A stretch of 64,000 nt of DNA, taken from the NCBI RefSeq assembly GCF_902652985.1, contig NC_047026.1:36456001-36520000 (forward strand), given 5' to 3'. Of this stretch, positions 1-14,560 are shown one piece after another. The stretch's first letter is position 1, and each line of letters opens with the position of its first letter. Under the pieces are notes generated by a model. The model worked only from the letters and a program-made list of their open reading frames with translations, had not been told where the DNA came from and did no database searches. This stretch comes from Pecten maximus (taxonomy: Eukaryota). The translations under genes and the position numbers were made by a program.

Positions 1-1922
1 CATTATATACATATACAGGCTGCATAGTAATATTTTCTCTTATACTACATAGAATATGTACGGTTTCACAAGCTCAATCAATGAATTATTACTCTACTTA
101 AAGTATTTCAATACATGAACACCCACTTAACATTGCCATCCGTATGATCCCGATGTAGTTACGTGTACTTACAATTAAATATACATAAAACATTCGTCTA
201 AGTTCAATTACTCCAAATTAAGTCGCTTTTCATTCCATTTTAATGTCACCCACTTGATATTTAACCCACTACCGACATAAATTAACCTGTGATTCTGGCG
301 TTCAAGTATACTATATGTTATGCTACCAACGCCATATATCAAAAACATAAATTTGGCTACAGGAAGCACCTATCATTTCGGAATGAAAAATTCCGCTACA
401 TGTTGTGAAGGGATTGGCCGCTGAAACTGGGAGCGTAGCACGGAGAAACAGATTGCTAGAGATATACAGAGTAGTTGATGAATATATATGTAATCACACA
501 GATAGTGCGGTGATGGCTTCATATCTAAGTCTGTATGAGAATGGTGTCACATGTATCGTCAAGACGTCAAGCTACAAGACAGGTGGTCCAATTGTAAGTT
601 TGATACTTGCAATATTACCGATTGAAAATCTTCTCCGCATAAAGGTCATTTAACAGTATACTATTCATCCTAGACGGGCTACATGAAAAAACATTTTGTA
701 AAAATCAAGACTAATATTTGTTCCTAGAGATTCCAATAGATAGGAAAGTTTCCAGGGGAGTAAATATGTCAATGCTTTCTTCGGATGGATGTATCAACTC
801 CAGCAAAACACTGACCTGTATTCCGTTTACCACGGAAGCTGCAAACATATGTATAAGTGACTGAAAAGGCTATCAAGGTTTAGATTAAAGCTGAGAAAAT
901 GTTGTTAATTAGACAAAGACATCATCACTCTGTAAATGGACAGGTGACCCTGTTCTGGTGCGTTTCTTCTGATGCATAGTTGATGAACGAAGACGCCCAC
1001 CCTCTAACCCAACCACAGGTTGTTATCTTCATCTCTCATATGCGTCCTCCGGAAGACGTTTTCTGGAAAACTTCTCTATTTTGATGAAAATCGTTGGTAA
1101 AGTGTAATAATTGGTGAAGTGTGCAAGAAGACTCATTGGTGTGAAGAGAGGTAATGTCTGGACTTCAAAGTTAAAGACGTCTTCTATGAATTAGACTAAC
1201 AAGCTCACTTAGAATGTCTACGACCTATGTGTAGCGACAGGGAAATGACATGGTACAGCTGATCTCACCCTGAAGCTGTATGTCTATCTATACCCTGTAG
1301 CTAATAGTGGGATTATTATACTAGCGTGGTAGATGCACCATAGATATTTAAGATAATTTCAAAATTTTAAAATAAAAATCACTGATTAATAAACATTAAA
1401 AGATATGCATAAAGCACACTTCTCAGTTCATATTTGAATATATTATATAAGTTGAGCAAATAGAATGTACAAGCCTATTGCATACACAATTTTACAAAGT
1501 AAATCATATTTTAATAAGCAATAGTTTCAACTGAAATTGATATTGTGTTTTATATCTTTCTTAAGAAACAGGAATCCGTCTTACAAACAGCTCCCCAGCT
1601 TGTCAATGGTGCAACTCGATCGATAAGTTACAATGCTGAATATTCATATCGGCTTTAATGGTCATTAGATTATACTGGAAAAGAAATGTGGCCTTAGGTA
1701 ATGTACTGGGTATCACCAACCGATCCACACCGAGTACTGGCTGGTCAGACTGGCGACGTGATAATGGAATAATGTCTTCTTCAGAGGTCGAATAGATATG
1801 TTATTTAAATATCTAAAAGCGCATTTTATCTGAATATCTGATACCCTAAATGTGTCATTTAATAGCAAATCGATTGTTGATAGAGAAACACAGACCCAGT
1901 TAATGGAATATTACATAACTAT

Positions 1923-4900
1923 CTTGATCTATCCTGTCACCATGGTGATCCCTCTTGTTATCGTGTTATCCTGTAATCCTGTTGATATATCCTGTTATCC
2001 TGTTGATCCACCTGTTATCGTGTTGATCTCTCCTGTTATCGTGTTGATCTATCCTGTCATATTGTTGATCTATCCTGTTATCATGTTGATCTTTCCTGTT
2101 ATCGTGTTGATCTCTCCTGTTATCATGTTGATCTATCATGTTATCATGTTGATCTATCCTGTTATCATGTTGATATTTCCTGTTATCGCGTTGATCTCTC
2201 CTGTTATCCTGTTGATCTATCCTGTTATCGTGTTGATCCACCTGTTATCGTGTTGATCTATCCTGTTATCGTGTTGATCTATCCTGTTATCATGTTGATC
2301 TATCATGTTATCATATTGATATATCCTGTTATCATGTTGATATATCCTGTTATCATGTTGATCTATCCTGTTATCATGTTGATATATCCTGTTATCATAT
2401 TGATATATCCTGTTATCATGTTGATATATCCTGTTATCATGTTGATCTATCCTGTTAGCATGTTGATCGTTCCTGTTATCGTGTTGATCTCTCCTGTTAT
2501 CGTGTTGATCTATCCTGTTATCGTGTTGATCTATCCTGTTATCATGTTGATATATCCTGTTATCGTGTTGATCTATCCTGTTATCGTGTTGATCTATCAT
2601 GTTATCATGTTGATATATCCTGTTATCGTGTTGATATATCCTGTCATCATGTTGATATATCCTGTTATCATGTTGATCTATCCTGTTATCGTGTTGATAT
2701 ATCATGTTATCATATTGATCTATCCTGTTATCGTGTTGATCTATCCTGTTATCGTGTTGATCTATCCTGTTATCATGTTGATATATCCTGTCATCATGTT
2801 GATATATCCTGTTATCATGTTGATCTATCCTGTTATCGTGTTGATATATCATGTTATCATATTGATCTATCCTGTTATCGTGTTGATCTATCCTGTCATA
2901 TTGTTGATCTATCCTGTTATCGTGTTGATCTATCCTGTTATCATGTTGATATATCCTGTCATCATGTTGATATATCCTGTTATCATATTGATCTATCCTG
3001 TTATCGTGTTGATATATCCTGTCATCATGTTGATATATCATGTTATCATATTGATCTATCCTGTTATCGTGTTGATCTATCCTGTCATATTGTTGATCTA
3101 TCCTGTTATCGTGTTGATCTATCCTGTTATCGTGTTGATATATCCTGTTATCGTGTTGATATATCCTGTTATCATATTGATCTATCATGTTATCGTGTTG
3201 ATATATCCTGTTATCATATTGATCTATCCTGTTATCATGTTGATCTATCCTGTTATCGTGTTGACCTATCCTGTTATCATATTGATCTATCATGTTATCG
3301 TGTTGATATATCCTGTTATCATATTGATCTATCCTGTTATCATGTTGATCTATCCTGTTATCATGTTGATTTATCCTGTTATCGCGTTGATCTATCCTGT
3401 TATCATGTTGATATATCCTGTTATCATATTGATCTATCATGTTATCATGTTGATCTATCATGTTATCATGTTGATCTATCATGTTATCATATTGATCTAT
3501 CATGTTATCATGTTGATCTATCCTGTTATCATGTTGATCTATCCTGGTATCGTGTTGATCTATCATGTTATCATGTTGATCTATCCTGTTATCGTGTTGA
3601 TCTATCCTGTTATCGTGTTGATATATCATGTTATCATGTTGATATATCCTGTTATCGTGTTGATCTATCCTGTTATCATGTTGATCTATCCTGTTATCGT
3701 GTTGATCTATCCTGTTATCATGTTGATATATCCTGTTATCGTGTTGATCTATCCTGTTATCATGTTGATCTATCATGTTATCATGTTGATCCACTTGTTA
3801 TCATGTTGATCTATCCTGTTATCATGTTGATCTATCATGTTGTCATGTTGATCTATCTTGTTATCATGTTGATCTATCATGTTATCATGTTGATCTATCC
3901 TGTTATCATGTTGATCTATCCTGTTATCATGTTGATATATCCTGTTATCGTGTTGATCTATCCTGTTATCATGTTGATCTATCCTGTTATCATGTTGATC
4001 TATCCTGTTATCATGTTGATCTATCCTGTTATCATGTTGATCTATCCTGTTATCGTGTTGATCTATCCTGTTATCGTGTTGATCTATCCTGTTATTGTGT
4101 TGATCTATCCTGTTATCATGTTGATATATCCTGTTATCATGTTGATCTATCCTGTTATCGTGTTGATATATCCTGTTATCATGTTGATCTATCCTGTTAT
4201 CGTGTTGATCTATCCTGTTATCGTGTTGATCTATCCTGTTATCGTGTTGATATATCCTGTTATCATGTTGATATATCCTGTTATCATGTTGATATATCCT
4301 GTTATCGTGTTGATCTTTCCTGTTATCGTGTTGATCTATCCTGTTATCGTGTTGATCTATCCTGTTATCATGTTGATCTATCCTGTTATCATATTGATCT
4401 ATCCTGTTATCATGTTGATCTATCCTGTTATCATGTTGATATATCCTGTTATCGTGTTGATCTATCCTGTTATCGTGTTGATATATCATGTTATCATGTT
4501 GATATATCATGTTATCATATTGATATATCCTGTTATCATGTTGATCTATCCTGTTATCGTGTTGATCTATCCTGTTATCGTGTTGATATATCCTGTCATC
4601 ATGTTGATATATCCTGTTATCATGTTGATCCACCTGTTATCATGTTGATATATCATGTTATCGTGTTGATCTATCCTGTTATCGTGTTGATCTATCCTGT
4701 CATCATGTTGATCTATCATGTTATCGTGTTGATCTATCCTGTCATCATGTTGATATATCCTGTTATCATGTTGATCTATCCTGTTATCATGTTGATATAT
4801 CCTGTTATCGTGTTGATCTATCCTGTTATCGTGTTGATCTATCATGTTATCGTGTTGATCTATCCTGTCATCATGTTGATCTATCCTGTTATCATGTTGA

Positions 4901-7137
4901 TCTATCCTGTTATCGTGTTGATCTATCCTGTTATCATGTTGATATATCCTGTTATCATGTTGATCTATCCTGTTATCGTGTTGATCTATCCTGTCATCAT
5001 GTTGATATATCCTGTTATCATGTTGATCTATCCTGTTATCATGTTGATCTATCCTGTTATCGTGTTGATCTATCCTGTTATCGTGTTGATATATCCTGTT
5101 ATCGTGTTGATATATCCTGTTATCATGTTGATCTATCATGTTATCATGTTGATCTATCCTGTTATCATGTTGATCTATCCTGTTATCATGTTGATCTATC
5201 CTGTTATCGTGTTGATCTATCCTGTTATCGCGTTGATCTATCCTGTTATCATGTTGATATATCCTGTTATCATGTTGATCTATCCTGTTATCATGTTGAT
5301 CTTTCCTGTTATCATGTTGATATATCCTGTTATCATGTTGATCTATCCTGTTATCATGTTGATATATCCTGTCATCATGTTGATATATCCTGTTATCATG
5401 TTGATCTATCCTGTTATCGTGTTGATATATCATGTTATCATATTGATCTATCCTGTTATCGTGTTGATCTATCCTGTCATATTGTTGATCTATCCTGTTA
5501 TCGTGTTGATATATCCTGTTATCATGTTGATCTATCCTGTTATCATGTTGATATATCCTGTCATCATGTTGATATATCCTGTTATCATGTTGATCTATCC
5601 TGTTATCGTGTTGATATATCCTGTTATCATGTTGATATATCCTGTCATCATGTTGATATATCATGTTATCGTGTTGATCTATCCTGTTATCATGTTGATC
5701 TATCCTGTTATCGTGTTGATCCACCTGTTATCGTGTTGATCTATCCTGTTATCGTGTTGATATATCCTGTTATCGTGTTGATCTATACTGTTATCGTGTT
5801 GATCCACCTGTTATCGTGTTGATCTATCCTGTTATCGTGTTGATATATCATGTTATCATGTTGATCTATCCTGTTATCATGTTGATCTATCCTGTTATTG
5901 TGTTGATCTATCCTGTGATCATGTTGATCTATCATGTTATTGTGTTGATCTATCCTGTTATCATGTTGATCTATCCTGTTATCATGTTGATCTATCCTGT
6001 TATCGTGTTGATCTATCCTGTTATCATGTTGATCTATCCTGTTATTGTGTTGATCTATCCTGTTATCATGTTGATATTTCCTGTTATCCTGTTGATCTAT
6101 CCTGTTATCCTGTTGATCTATCCTGTTATCGTGTTGATCCACCTGTTATCGTGTTGATCTATCACGTTATCATGTTGATCTATCCTGTCATATTGTTGAT
6201 CTATCCTGTTATCATATTGATCTATCATGTTATCATGTTGATCTATCCTGTTATCATGTTGATCTATCCTGGTATCGTGTTGATCTATCATGTTATCATG
6301 TTGATCTATCCTGTTATCATGTTGATATTTCCTGTTATCGTGTTGATCTATCCTGTTATCATGTTGATCTATCCTGTTATCGTGTTGATCTATCCTGTTA
6401 TCGTGTTGATCTATCCTGTTATCATGTTGATATATCCTGTCATCATGTTGATATATCCTGTTATCGTGTTGATCTATCCTGTTATCGTGTTGATATATCA
6501 TGTTATCATATTGATCTATCCTGTTATCGTGTTGATCTATCCTGTCATATTGTTGATATATCCTGTTATCATATTGATCTATCCTGTTATCGTGTTGATA
6601 TATCCTGTCATCATGTTGATATATCATGTTATCATATTGATATATCCTGTTATCATGTTGATCCACCTGTTATTGTGTTGATCTATCCTGTTATCATGTT
6701 GATATATCCTGTTATCGTGTTGATCTATCCTGTTATCATGTTGATATATCCTGTTATCGTGTTGATCTATCCTGTTATCATGTTGATATATCCTGTTATC
6801 ATGTTGATCTATCATGTTATCATATTGATATATCCTGTTATCATGTTGATCCACCTGTTATTGTGTTGATCTATCCTGTTATCATGTTGATATATCCTGT
6901 TATCGTGTTGATCTATCCTGTTATCATGTTGATATATCCTGTTATCGTGTTGATCTATCCTGTTATCATGTTGATATATCCTGTTATCATGTTGATATAT
7001 CCTGTTATCGTGTTGATCTATCCTGTTATCGTGTTGATCTATCCTGTTATCGTGTTGATATATCCTGTTATCATGTTGATCTATCCTGTTATCGTGTTGA
7101 TATATCCTGTTATCATGTTGATCTATCCTGTTATCGT
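1923..7137. repeat. 21-bp minisatellite (GTTGATCTATCCTGTTATCAT)n, ~5.2 kb, ~245 copies
   Basis: Tandem unit read directly. Occasional 20-bp variant GTTGATCCACCTGTTATCGT shifts the frame. Explains the (DQHDNRI)n and (MLIYPVI)n ORFs. Confidence 0.98.
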
Positions 7138-9000
7138 AAGCACATTCTGGAGATGTAATTGCTTTCACGTCACTAGAGTTCAGACTGACACAGAAAGAAG
7201 AACACAAATGGATTGGGAATGATGTTTTTTCCTATGTAAAGACAGACTGAACACGAATTCTACTTACGTTGAAAACAGAAATAGCTATCGAAGGAATTGA
7301 CAAAAGATGTTTCAGAAATATGTTAATAGACCAATGTTCTCTTGATTTGCACTTGGTAAATCGATGGCAATGCTAGAAACTAACTAAAATTGACCTTAAA
7401 ATCAAATGTTCACCTATTATTATAATGTGTCATTTAAGGACTAACATATTAGTGCTTTATTGCTTTTCACAAGACGCTAAATCACGATAGCCGTTAGATA
7501 TGAAGAAACAGTATCTACTTTCTCTTGAAACTGAAACTTAAGTACAGATGTGCTAAATAGGAGTCAGTAAGTAAAGGTAGGTAGCATTGATAGATCGTTT
7601 ATATCCATGTGCTAATTTATAGACATCTCCTTCTCTACATCATGGTACAACGCTGCTAACGAAACAGCGTGATATTGTCCATAGCCATATCGTTAAATTT
7701 GATATTACAGAGAACTTCTGGCTAAATAACATCGTCATACATGTATCTACAATAATAAATTACAACTGGCTGAATAACGATATCATCGGACATGTACCTA
7801 GAATACCAAATCAACTATGTCATCATACATATATCTACACTATACTAAATTCAGATGTTATGGGCAGCTTACTACGCCCAACAATGTTTCTTGCAACTGT
7901 ATGTACCGGGATGATTAAAATACTTAACTGTGTCATGTTTCGTGTTTCCCGTGGAACATACTTGTAAAATTAGGCGACAAGGTAAATATATAACGTAGTC
8001 ACAGTTAAAATGTTTACGTGAAGACAGCCATGCATACGTGATTGGTACGGATCATTTCCTCACCAGGTCACCAGATATAGGTCAGTTTGCCGTCCTACAT
8101 CCTGACGCAGGATTTCTACCTCATCAGACTAATGGTATGACAATAGCTCGCGTACTAACAGTGCATGTATCGCCCATACGGACATGCGTTCGGGCGCTCC
8201 GTTTTCCACATTGATGCTCACAGTGCCAGGAACCATTTGAATGTCCTCACGATGATGGTGTTTGGGGCTGTTACCTGTTCGTAACATAACCTTAGGACGA
8301 TCAAGCCCACGTCGATTGATTGGTATGGATAGCACGCCTCATTACCACACACAGACCAGTTAGGATGTCGAGTCTAAAGTCAATGTACGACAGCAAGCCG
8401 TGTTGGAAACAACGAAAAAATACACACATATAGAACAGAGGAACCCCAATAAGGCGGATATTCCATAGTCTCACGAGAGAGATGGGTGTCAGATGTTTTA
8501 TACTCAAACCAAATAGCCTACAATATAAGTATTGCTGACAACAAGTATGCGGCCAAGAGAACAACGTAAGCACTAATATGAACGGTTACGCGTTTGTTTG
8601 TGAGCAAACACACAGAAATATCGGAAGTACTTACTACCCCAATAAGAAACCAGACCCGGTATTAATGACTTGTAATGAAGCAAAAAGCTAGAAAATCAAT
8701 ATAGCTTTTATGTTCCAGACATCTCATGTGTCGGATAAAATAATTGCTGCAGATTCCGCCATGTGTTTTGAGACATTTGGAACATTTTCTCTTCTGCGAC
8801 ATATTGAAAACACGTGGACTTGTCAGACGAGACCAAGTGTTCACTTGACCTCGGAGTAGAGGTCATGTATGTCTACCTAACGCGATTTACATACTACATC
8901 TATTGTGATCTAGACCATGTGGGGATACCACCATATGGAAACCACGTCTAAGTTCAGATAGCACGTGCTACAAATCTAAGTTCTTTTAGTTAAACCAATA

Positions 9001-9244
9001 TTATAATTGGTCCGACTTTCCCTTCGTCCTACACCTATAAACCGACCTTATAATTAGTCCGACCTTCCACCATCCTACTTCTAAACCGACCTAACCTTCC
9101 ATGGTCCTACCTCTAAACCGACCTTATAATTGGTCCGACCCTCCGTCGTCCTACCTCTAAACCGACCTTATAATTGGTCCGACCCTTCCGTCGTCCTACC
9201 TCTAAACCGACCGATCTTCCGTCGTCCTACCTCTTAACCGACCT
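9001..9244. repeat. Short diverged tandem repeat, ~30-47 bp units (TTATAATTGGTCCGACC..CGTCGTCCTACCTCTAAACCGACC)
   Basis: About six copies of the CCTACCTCTAAACCGACC motif. Confidence 0.85.
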
Positions 9245-9311
9245 TCAACTTGAAAGATTTATTGATATAAATATATATTCTGATATGAAACAAAACGATA
9301 TCGTAACGTTA

Positions 9312-11480
9312 ATGAGATATATTATACCTACCAACACACCAACGACAGGAAACCCGTGTCTCATCCGTGATATACTTATTGATGAGAGACATTATACCTA
9401 CCAACGACAGGAAACCCGTGACTCATCAGCTATATACTTATTGATGAGAGATATTATACCTACCAACGACAGGAAACCCGTGTCTTATCCGTGATATACT
9501 TATTGATGAGAGATATTATACCTACCAACACACCAACGACAGGAAACCCGTGTCTCATCCGTGATATACTTATTGATGGGAGACATTATACCTACCAACG
9601 ACAGGAAACCCGTGTCTCATCCGCGATATACTTATTGATGAGAGATATTATACCTACCAACACACCAACGACAGGAAACCCGTGTCTCATCCGTGATATA
9701 CTTATTGATGAGAGATATTACACCTACAAATACACCAACGACAGGAAACCCGTGTCTCATCCGTGATATAATTATTGATGAGAGATATTATACCTACCAA
9801 CGACAGGAAACCCGTGTCTCATCCGCGATATACTTATTGATGAGAGATATTATACCTACCAACACACCAACGACAGGAAACCCGTGTCTCATCCGCGATA
9901 TACTTATTGATGAGAGATATTATACCTACCAACACACCAACGACAGGAAACCCGTGTCTCATCCGCGATATACTTATTGATGAGAGATATTATACCTACC
10001 AACGACAGGAAACCCGTGTCTCATCCGTGATATACTTATTGATAGGAGACATTATACCTACCAACACACCAACGACAGGAAACCCGTGTCTCATCCGTGA
10101 TATACTTATTGATGAGAGATATTATACCTACCAACGACAGGAAACCCGTGTCTCATCCGTGATATACTTATTGATGGGAGATATTATACCTACCAACGAC
10201 AGGAAACCCGTGTCTCATCCGTGATATACTTATTGATGAGAGACATGATACCTACCAACGACAGGAAACCCGTGTCTCATCCGCGATATACTTATTGATG
10301 AGAGACATTATACCTACCAACACACCAACGACAGGAAACCCGTGTCTCATCCGTGATATACTTATTGATGAGAGATATTATACCTACCAACGACAGGAAA
10401 CCCGTGTCTCATCCGTGATATACTTATTGATGGGAGATATTATACCTACCAACGACAGGAAACCCGTGTCTCATCCGTGATATACTTATTGATGAGAGAC
10501 ATTATACCTACCAACGACAGGAAACCCGTGTCTCATCCGTGATATACTTATTGATGAGAGACATTATACCTACCAACGACAGGAAACCCGTGTCTCATCC
10601 GCGATATACTTATTGATGAGAGACATTATACCTACCAACACACCAACGACAGGAAACCCGTGTCTCATCCGTGATATACTTATTGATGAGAGACATTATA
10701 CCTACCAACGACAGGAAACCCGTGTCTCATCCGTGATATACTTATTGATGAGAGACATTATACCTACCAACGACAGGAAACCCGTGTCTCATCCGCGATA
10801 TACTTATTGATGAGAGACATTATACCTACCAACACACCAACGACAGGAAACCCGTGTCTCATCCGTGATATACTTATTGATGGGAGACATTATACCTACC
10901 AACACACCAACGACAGGAAACCCGTGTCTCATCCGTGATATACTTATTGATGAGAGATATTATACCTACCAACACACCAACGACAGGAAACCCGTGTCTC
11001 ATCCGTGATATACTTATTGATGAGAGACATTATACCTACCAACGACAGGAAACCCGTGTCTCATTCGTGATATACTTATTGATGGGAGACATTATACCTA
11101 CCAACGACAGGAAACCCGTGTCTCATCCGTGATATACTTATTGATGAGAGATATTATACCTACCAACGACAGGAAACCCGTGTCTCATCCGTGATATACT
11201 TATTGATGAGAGATATTATACCTACCAACACACCAACGACAGGAAACCCGTGTCTCATCCGTGATATACTTATTGATGGGAGACATTATACCTACCAACG
11301 ACAGGAAACCCGTGTCTCATCCGTGATATACTTATTGATGAGATACATTATACCTACCAACGACAGGAAACCCGTGTCTCATCCGCGATACACTTATTGA
11401 TGAGAGATATTATACCTACCAACACACCAACGACAGGAAACCCGTGTCTCATCCGTGATATACTTATTGATGAGAGACAT
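9312..11480. repeat. 62/70-bp dimorphic minisatellite, ~33 copies
   Basis: Unit GATGAGAGATATTATACCTACCAAC[ACACCAAC]GACAGGAAACCCGTGTCTCATCCGTGATATACTTATT. Measured spacings are 62 (9361 to 9423) and 70 (9841 to 9911). Confidence 0.97.
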
Positions 11481-11955
11481 GCAGCATTGATGTATCCTAC
11501 CAGAATAGATTATGGACTATATATAACTCGTGCAGGTCAACTATTGTAGTACACATTCCAACACACGTATCCGGGGGAGACCAATATGTATATAGCTATG
11601 TGCGAAAGTTGGACGACAAATTCCTCCCTCCGCCTATTAAAGACTTACGAAACTGTACATATTTAGAGCGACGCTGTGCTAATCGTCCACATAGAACTGC
11701 ACTGATGGCCTGTCGTTAATTAGATGAAGGGATTATAGCCCTACATATGTCATTAGTACGGAATTGTTGCTTACATTATGATACTTACATCAGGCAAGAG
11801 CTATCTGGGGTTTGGGTTGTAACATACCGACAATATGTGCCCCTCCATACACGTACCATTGTCATTTTATTATCGGGGAATGTCATAAACAAATAGTGAA
11901 CATCATCGTCGGCCAGGTTATAATAGAAAGACAACAAAAACCCAGAGAAGAATAC

Positions 11956-12770
11956 CCTCGTCGGCCAGGTTATAGAGGGGAGGTAGTGAATACACAGAGA
12001 ACAACGTCCTCGTCGGCCAGGTTATGGAGGGGAGGTAGTGAATACACAGGGAACAACGTCCTCGTCGGCCAGGTTATAGAGGGGAGGTAGTGAATACACA
12101 GGGAACAACGTCCTCGTCGGCCAGGTTATAGAGGGGAGGTAGTGAATACACAGAGAACAACGTCCTCGCCGACCAGGTTATAAAGGGGAGGTAGTGAATA
12201 CACAGAGAACAACGTCCTCGTCTGCCAGGTTATAGAGGAGAGGTAGTGAATACACAGGGAACAACGTCCTCGTCGGCCAGGTTATAGAGGGGAGGTAGTG
12301 AATACACAGGGAACAACGTCCTCGTCGGCCAGGTTATAGAGGGGAGGTAGTGAATACACAGAGAACAACGTCTTCGTCGGCCAGGTTATAGAGGGGAGGT
12401 AGTGAATACACAGAGAACAACGTCCTCGTCTGCCAGGTTATAGAGGAGAGGTAGTGAATACACAGGGAACAACGTCCTCGTCGGCCAGGTTATAGAGGGG
12501 AGGTAGTGAATACACAGAGAACAACGTCCTCGTCTGCCAGGTTATAGAGGGGAGGTAGTGAATACACAGAGAACAACGCCCTCGTCGGCCAGGTTATAGA
12601 GGGGAGGTAGTGAATACACAGGTAACAACGTCCTCGTCGGCCAGTTTATAGAGGGGAGGTAGTGAATACACAGGTAACAACGTCCTCGTCGGCCAGGTTA
12701 TAGAGGGGAGGTAGTGAATACACAGAGAACAACGTCCTCGCCGACCAGGTTATAGAGGGAAGTAGCGAAT
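11956..12770. repeat. 52-bp minisatellite, ~15-16 copies
   Basis: Unit CTCGTCGGCCAGGTTATAGAGGGGAGGTAGTGAATACACAGAGAACAACGTC. Period 52 (12061 to 12113). Partial copy at ~11905. Confidence 0.97.
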
Positions 12771-14560
12771 ACATAGATATAAAGTATATAATTGTATACT
12801 GAGTTATCCGTTTGCTATGTCAGATGTATTCTGCAGCAGCAGCACAAGTTATTTCATAATCAATCGTTATATGTTGCCAGGAAAATTTTAATGATCAAGT
12901 GTTGGTATAATTATCAAGCGGTATTTTCAATTATGTACATAACATTAAGTAATTGATAAATATCGTTTTAGATGTTTCCAACAACACCAATGACAAACCA
13001 AACATTTGGAATTGTTCCACAAATCAGACCTATAAATGTATAAACACAATCAAAGCATGTTCACTTGAAAAAAAAATTTGGACAAAATATGACGAAACGC
13101 ATTTCGAAGTTTACCTATAATTACTAAACGTCATCATTTTAATTAAGCCCATTGTTTTGGTTATTTTTCTTTACGTGGTACAGTTGCAGTTGCTATTCGG
13201 GTTTACGGTGTAGTGAACATACGCCATCAATGTTATTTGTTTACTTTTCACTTGTAAGAAATATAGGTTATGTGTGATGAAAGTAGATTTTATTGGGGTT
13301 TTTTTACCGTTAATGAGGATAAGGGCTATTATAAACAACAATAATGACATCAGATTCATCGTCCGAAAATAAACATGTATACAGAATACCTACACGGGAT
13401 ACTATTTGGAAAGTAAATTCAATTATAGTGAAAACTTTTTTAGCTGTTGAAATCAAACACCTCTCAACACCAACCAAATCTGTAATATACTAATATACTT
13501 TTACTCGATAAAACACATTTGTCCTCACTTTGATCCCCGACCTGTTAATCTATACATGTACACACTGTTATTATGGTATAACAGGAAGGTAGTGTAACAA
13601 GTCAACATGAGGTGTGTTCACGAGAAATGGTGATACCAGCATGAAGCACATGTAGACAGACCAGGTCGTCCGCGGTTCCTCATCCGTACAAACGAAAACC
13701 CAGGTAATTCGTTTTCGTCATTGAATTATTTTATGCAATAGACCTTTGTGATTTTAGACTTAACCTTTTCTATTCATTCTAGATAACCCAGTTGTATAAA
13801 TAAGCATGTTACAAATTGACACAGTGCCTCTTGAAATGACAATAAACTTTATGTTTATATCTACTCATTAAATAGTATTAAACCTATTGAATAAGAGCCT
13901 GTTAATAAAGCCAAAGGGTGTATCACAGTGAGACATCAGGAGCTCCCAGATTACACTTTATGGATACCTTTTGTAAACAGAATCAATAGAGAGCTTCCAC
14001 ATAGCGAGATAAAACATTCATGAGCCGACACATAGTGCCAGACAATTGAAAAATAAAAACGTCCAAGTGTCTGGAGGGCTCGAGTTAAAGGGGGTGTGTA
14101 CCTGGGCCAGTAGTCTGAATCGAACGAGAGGGTCTATAGTAAAGTGCGCACTGCAGCCGGAAAACAAACCAAACGAAACAAATCAGATTTACTGCTTGAC
14201 ACTCTAAGACAACGTATAAGGTATCAACAAATTAGCAGACCAGGTACTCGCGATTCTAGAAATTCACACCTGAAGAGTTTGGTTAATAACAGAGACACTA
14301 CTGTTTACCAAATAGTGCTTGCACGTTCAATGTTTATTTATTCTATTGTTTTTACTCCTTTGCATTCAACAAACAATAAATGTACCTACGCAGATATAGG
14401 ACATCATTAGAGTTTAAAAAGCATATATATATCTTATATATCGCTGTGCACATGATTGTCAGATTCGCTGTAAATTCGCAACATATCCCAGCAGTATAAG
14501 AGGTATACAGGAAAATCCTACATGTGATTTCGGTAAAGCCAATGGCACAAACAAGTGGAG

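Noticed and set aside
405-653. Short unique-sequence ORFs (this and similar 60-115 aa ORFs)
   Set aside because: No recognisable domains, many use non-ATG starts, and the lengths are as expected by chance.
2217-7222. Long ORFs (DQHDNRI)n and (MLIYPVI)n as protein-coding genes
   Set aside because: They are pure 21-bp tandem repeat, open on both strands and repeatedly frameshifted by 20-bp units, with no unique domain.
8040-8400. Decayed Tc1/mariner transposase or a hammerhead ribozyme (CTGATGAG on the minus strand)
   Set aside because: The peptide resemblance is too faint, and there is no stem II or stem III pairing around CTGATGA...GAAA. The same applies to CTGATGA at ~20729 and ~32281.
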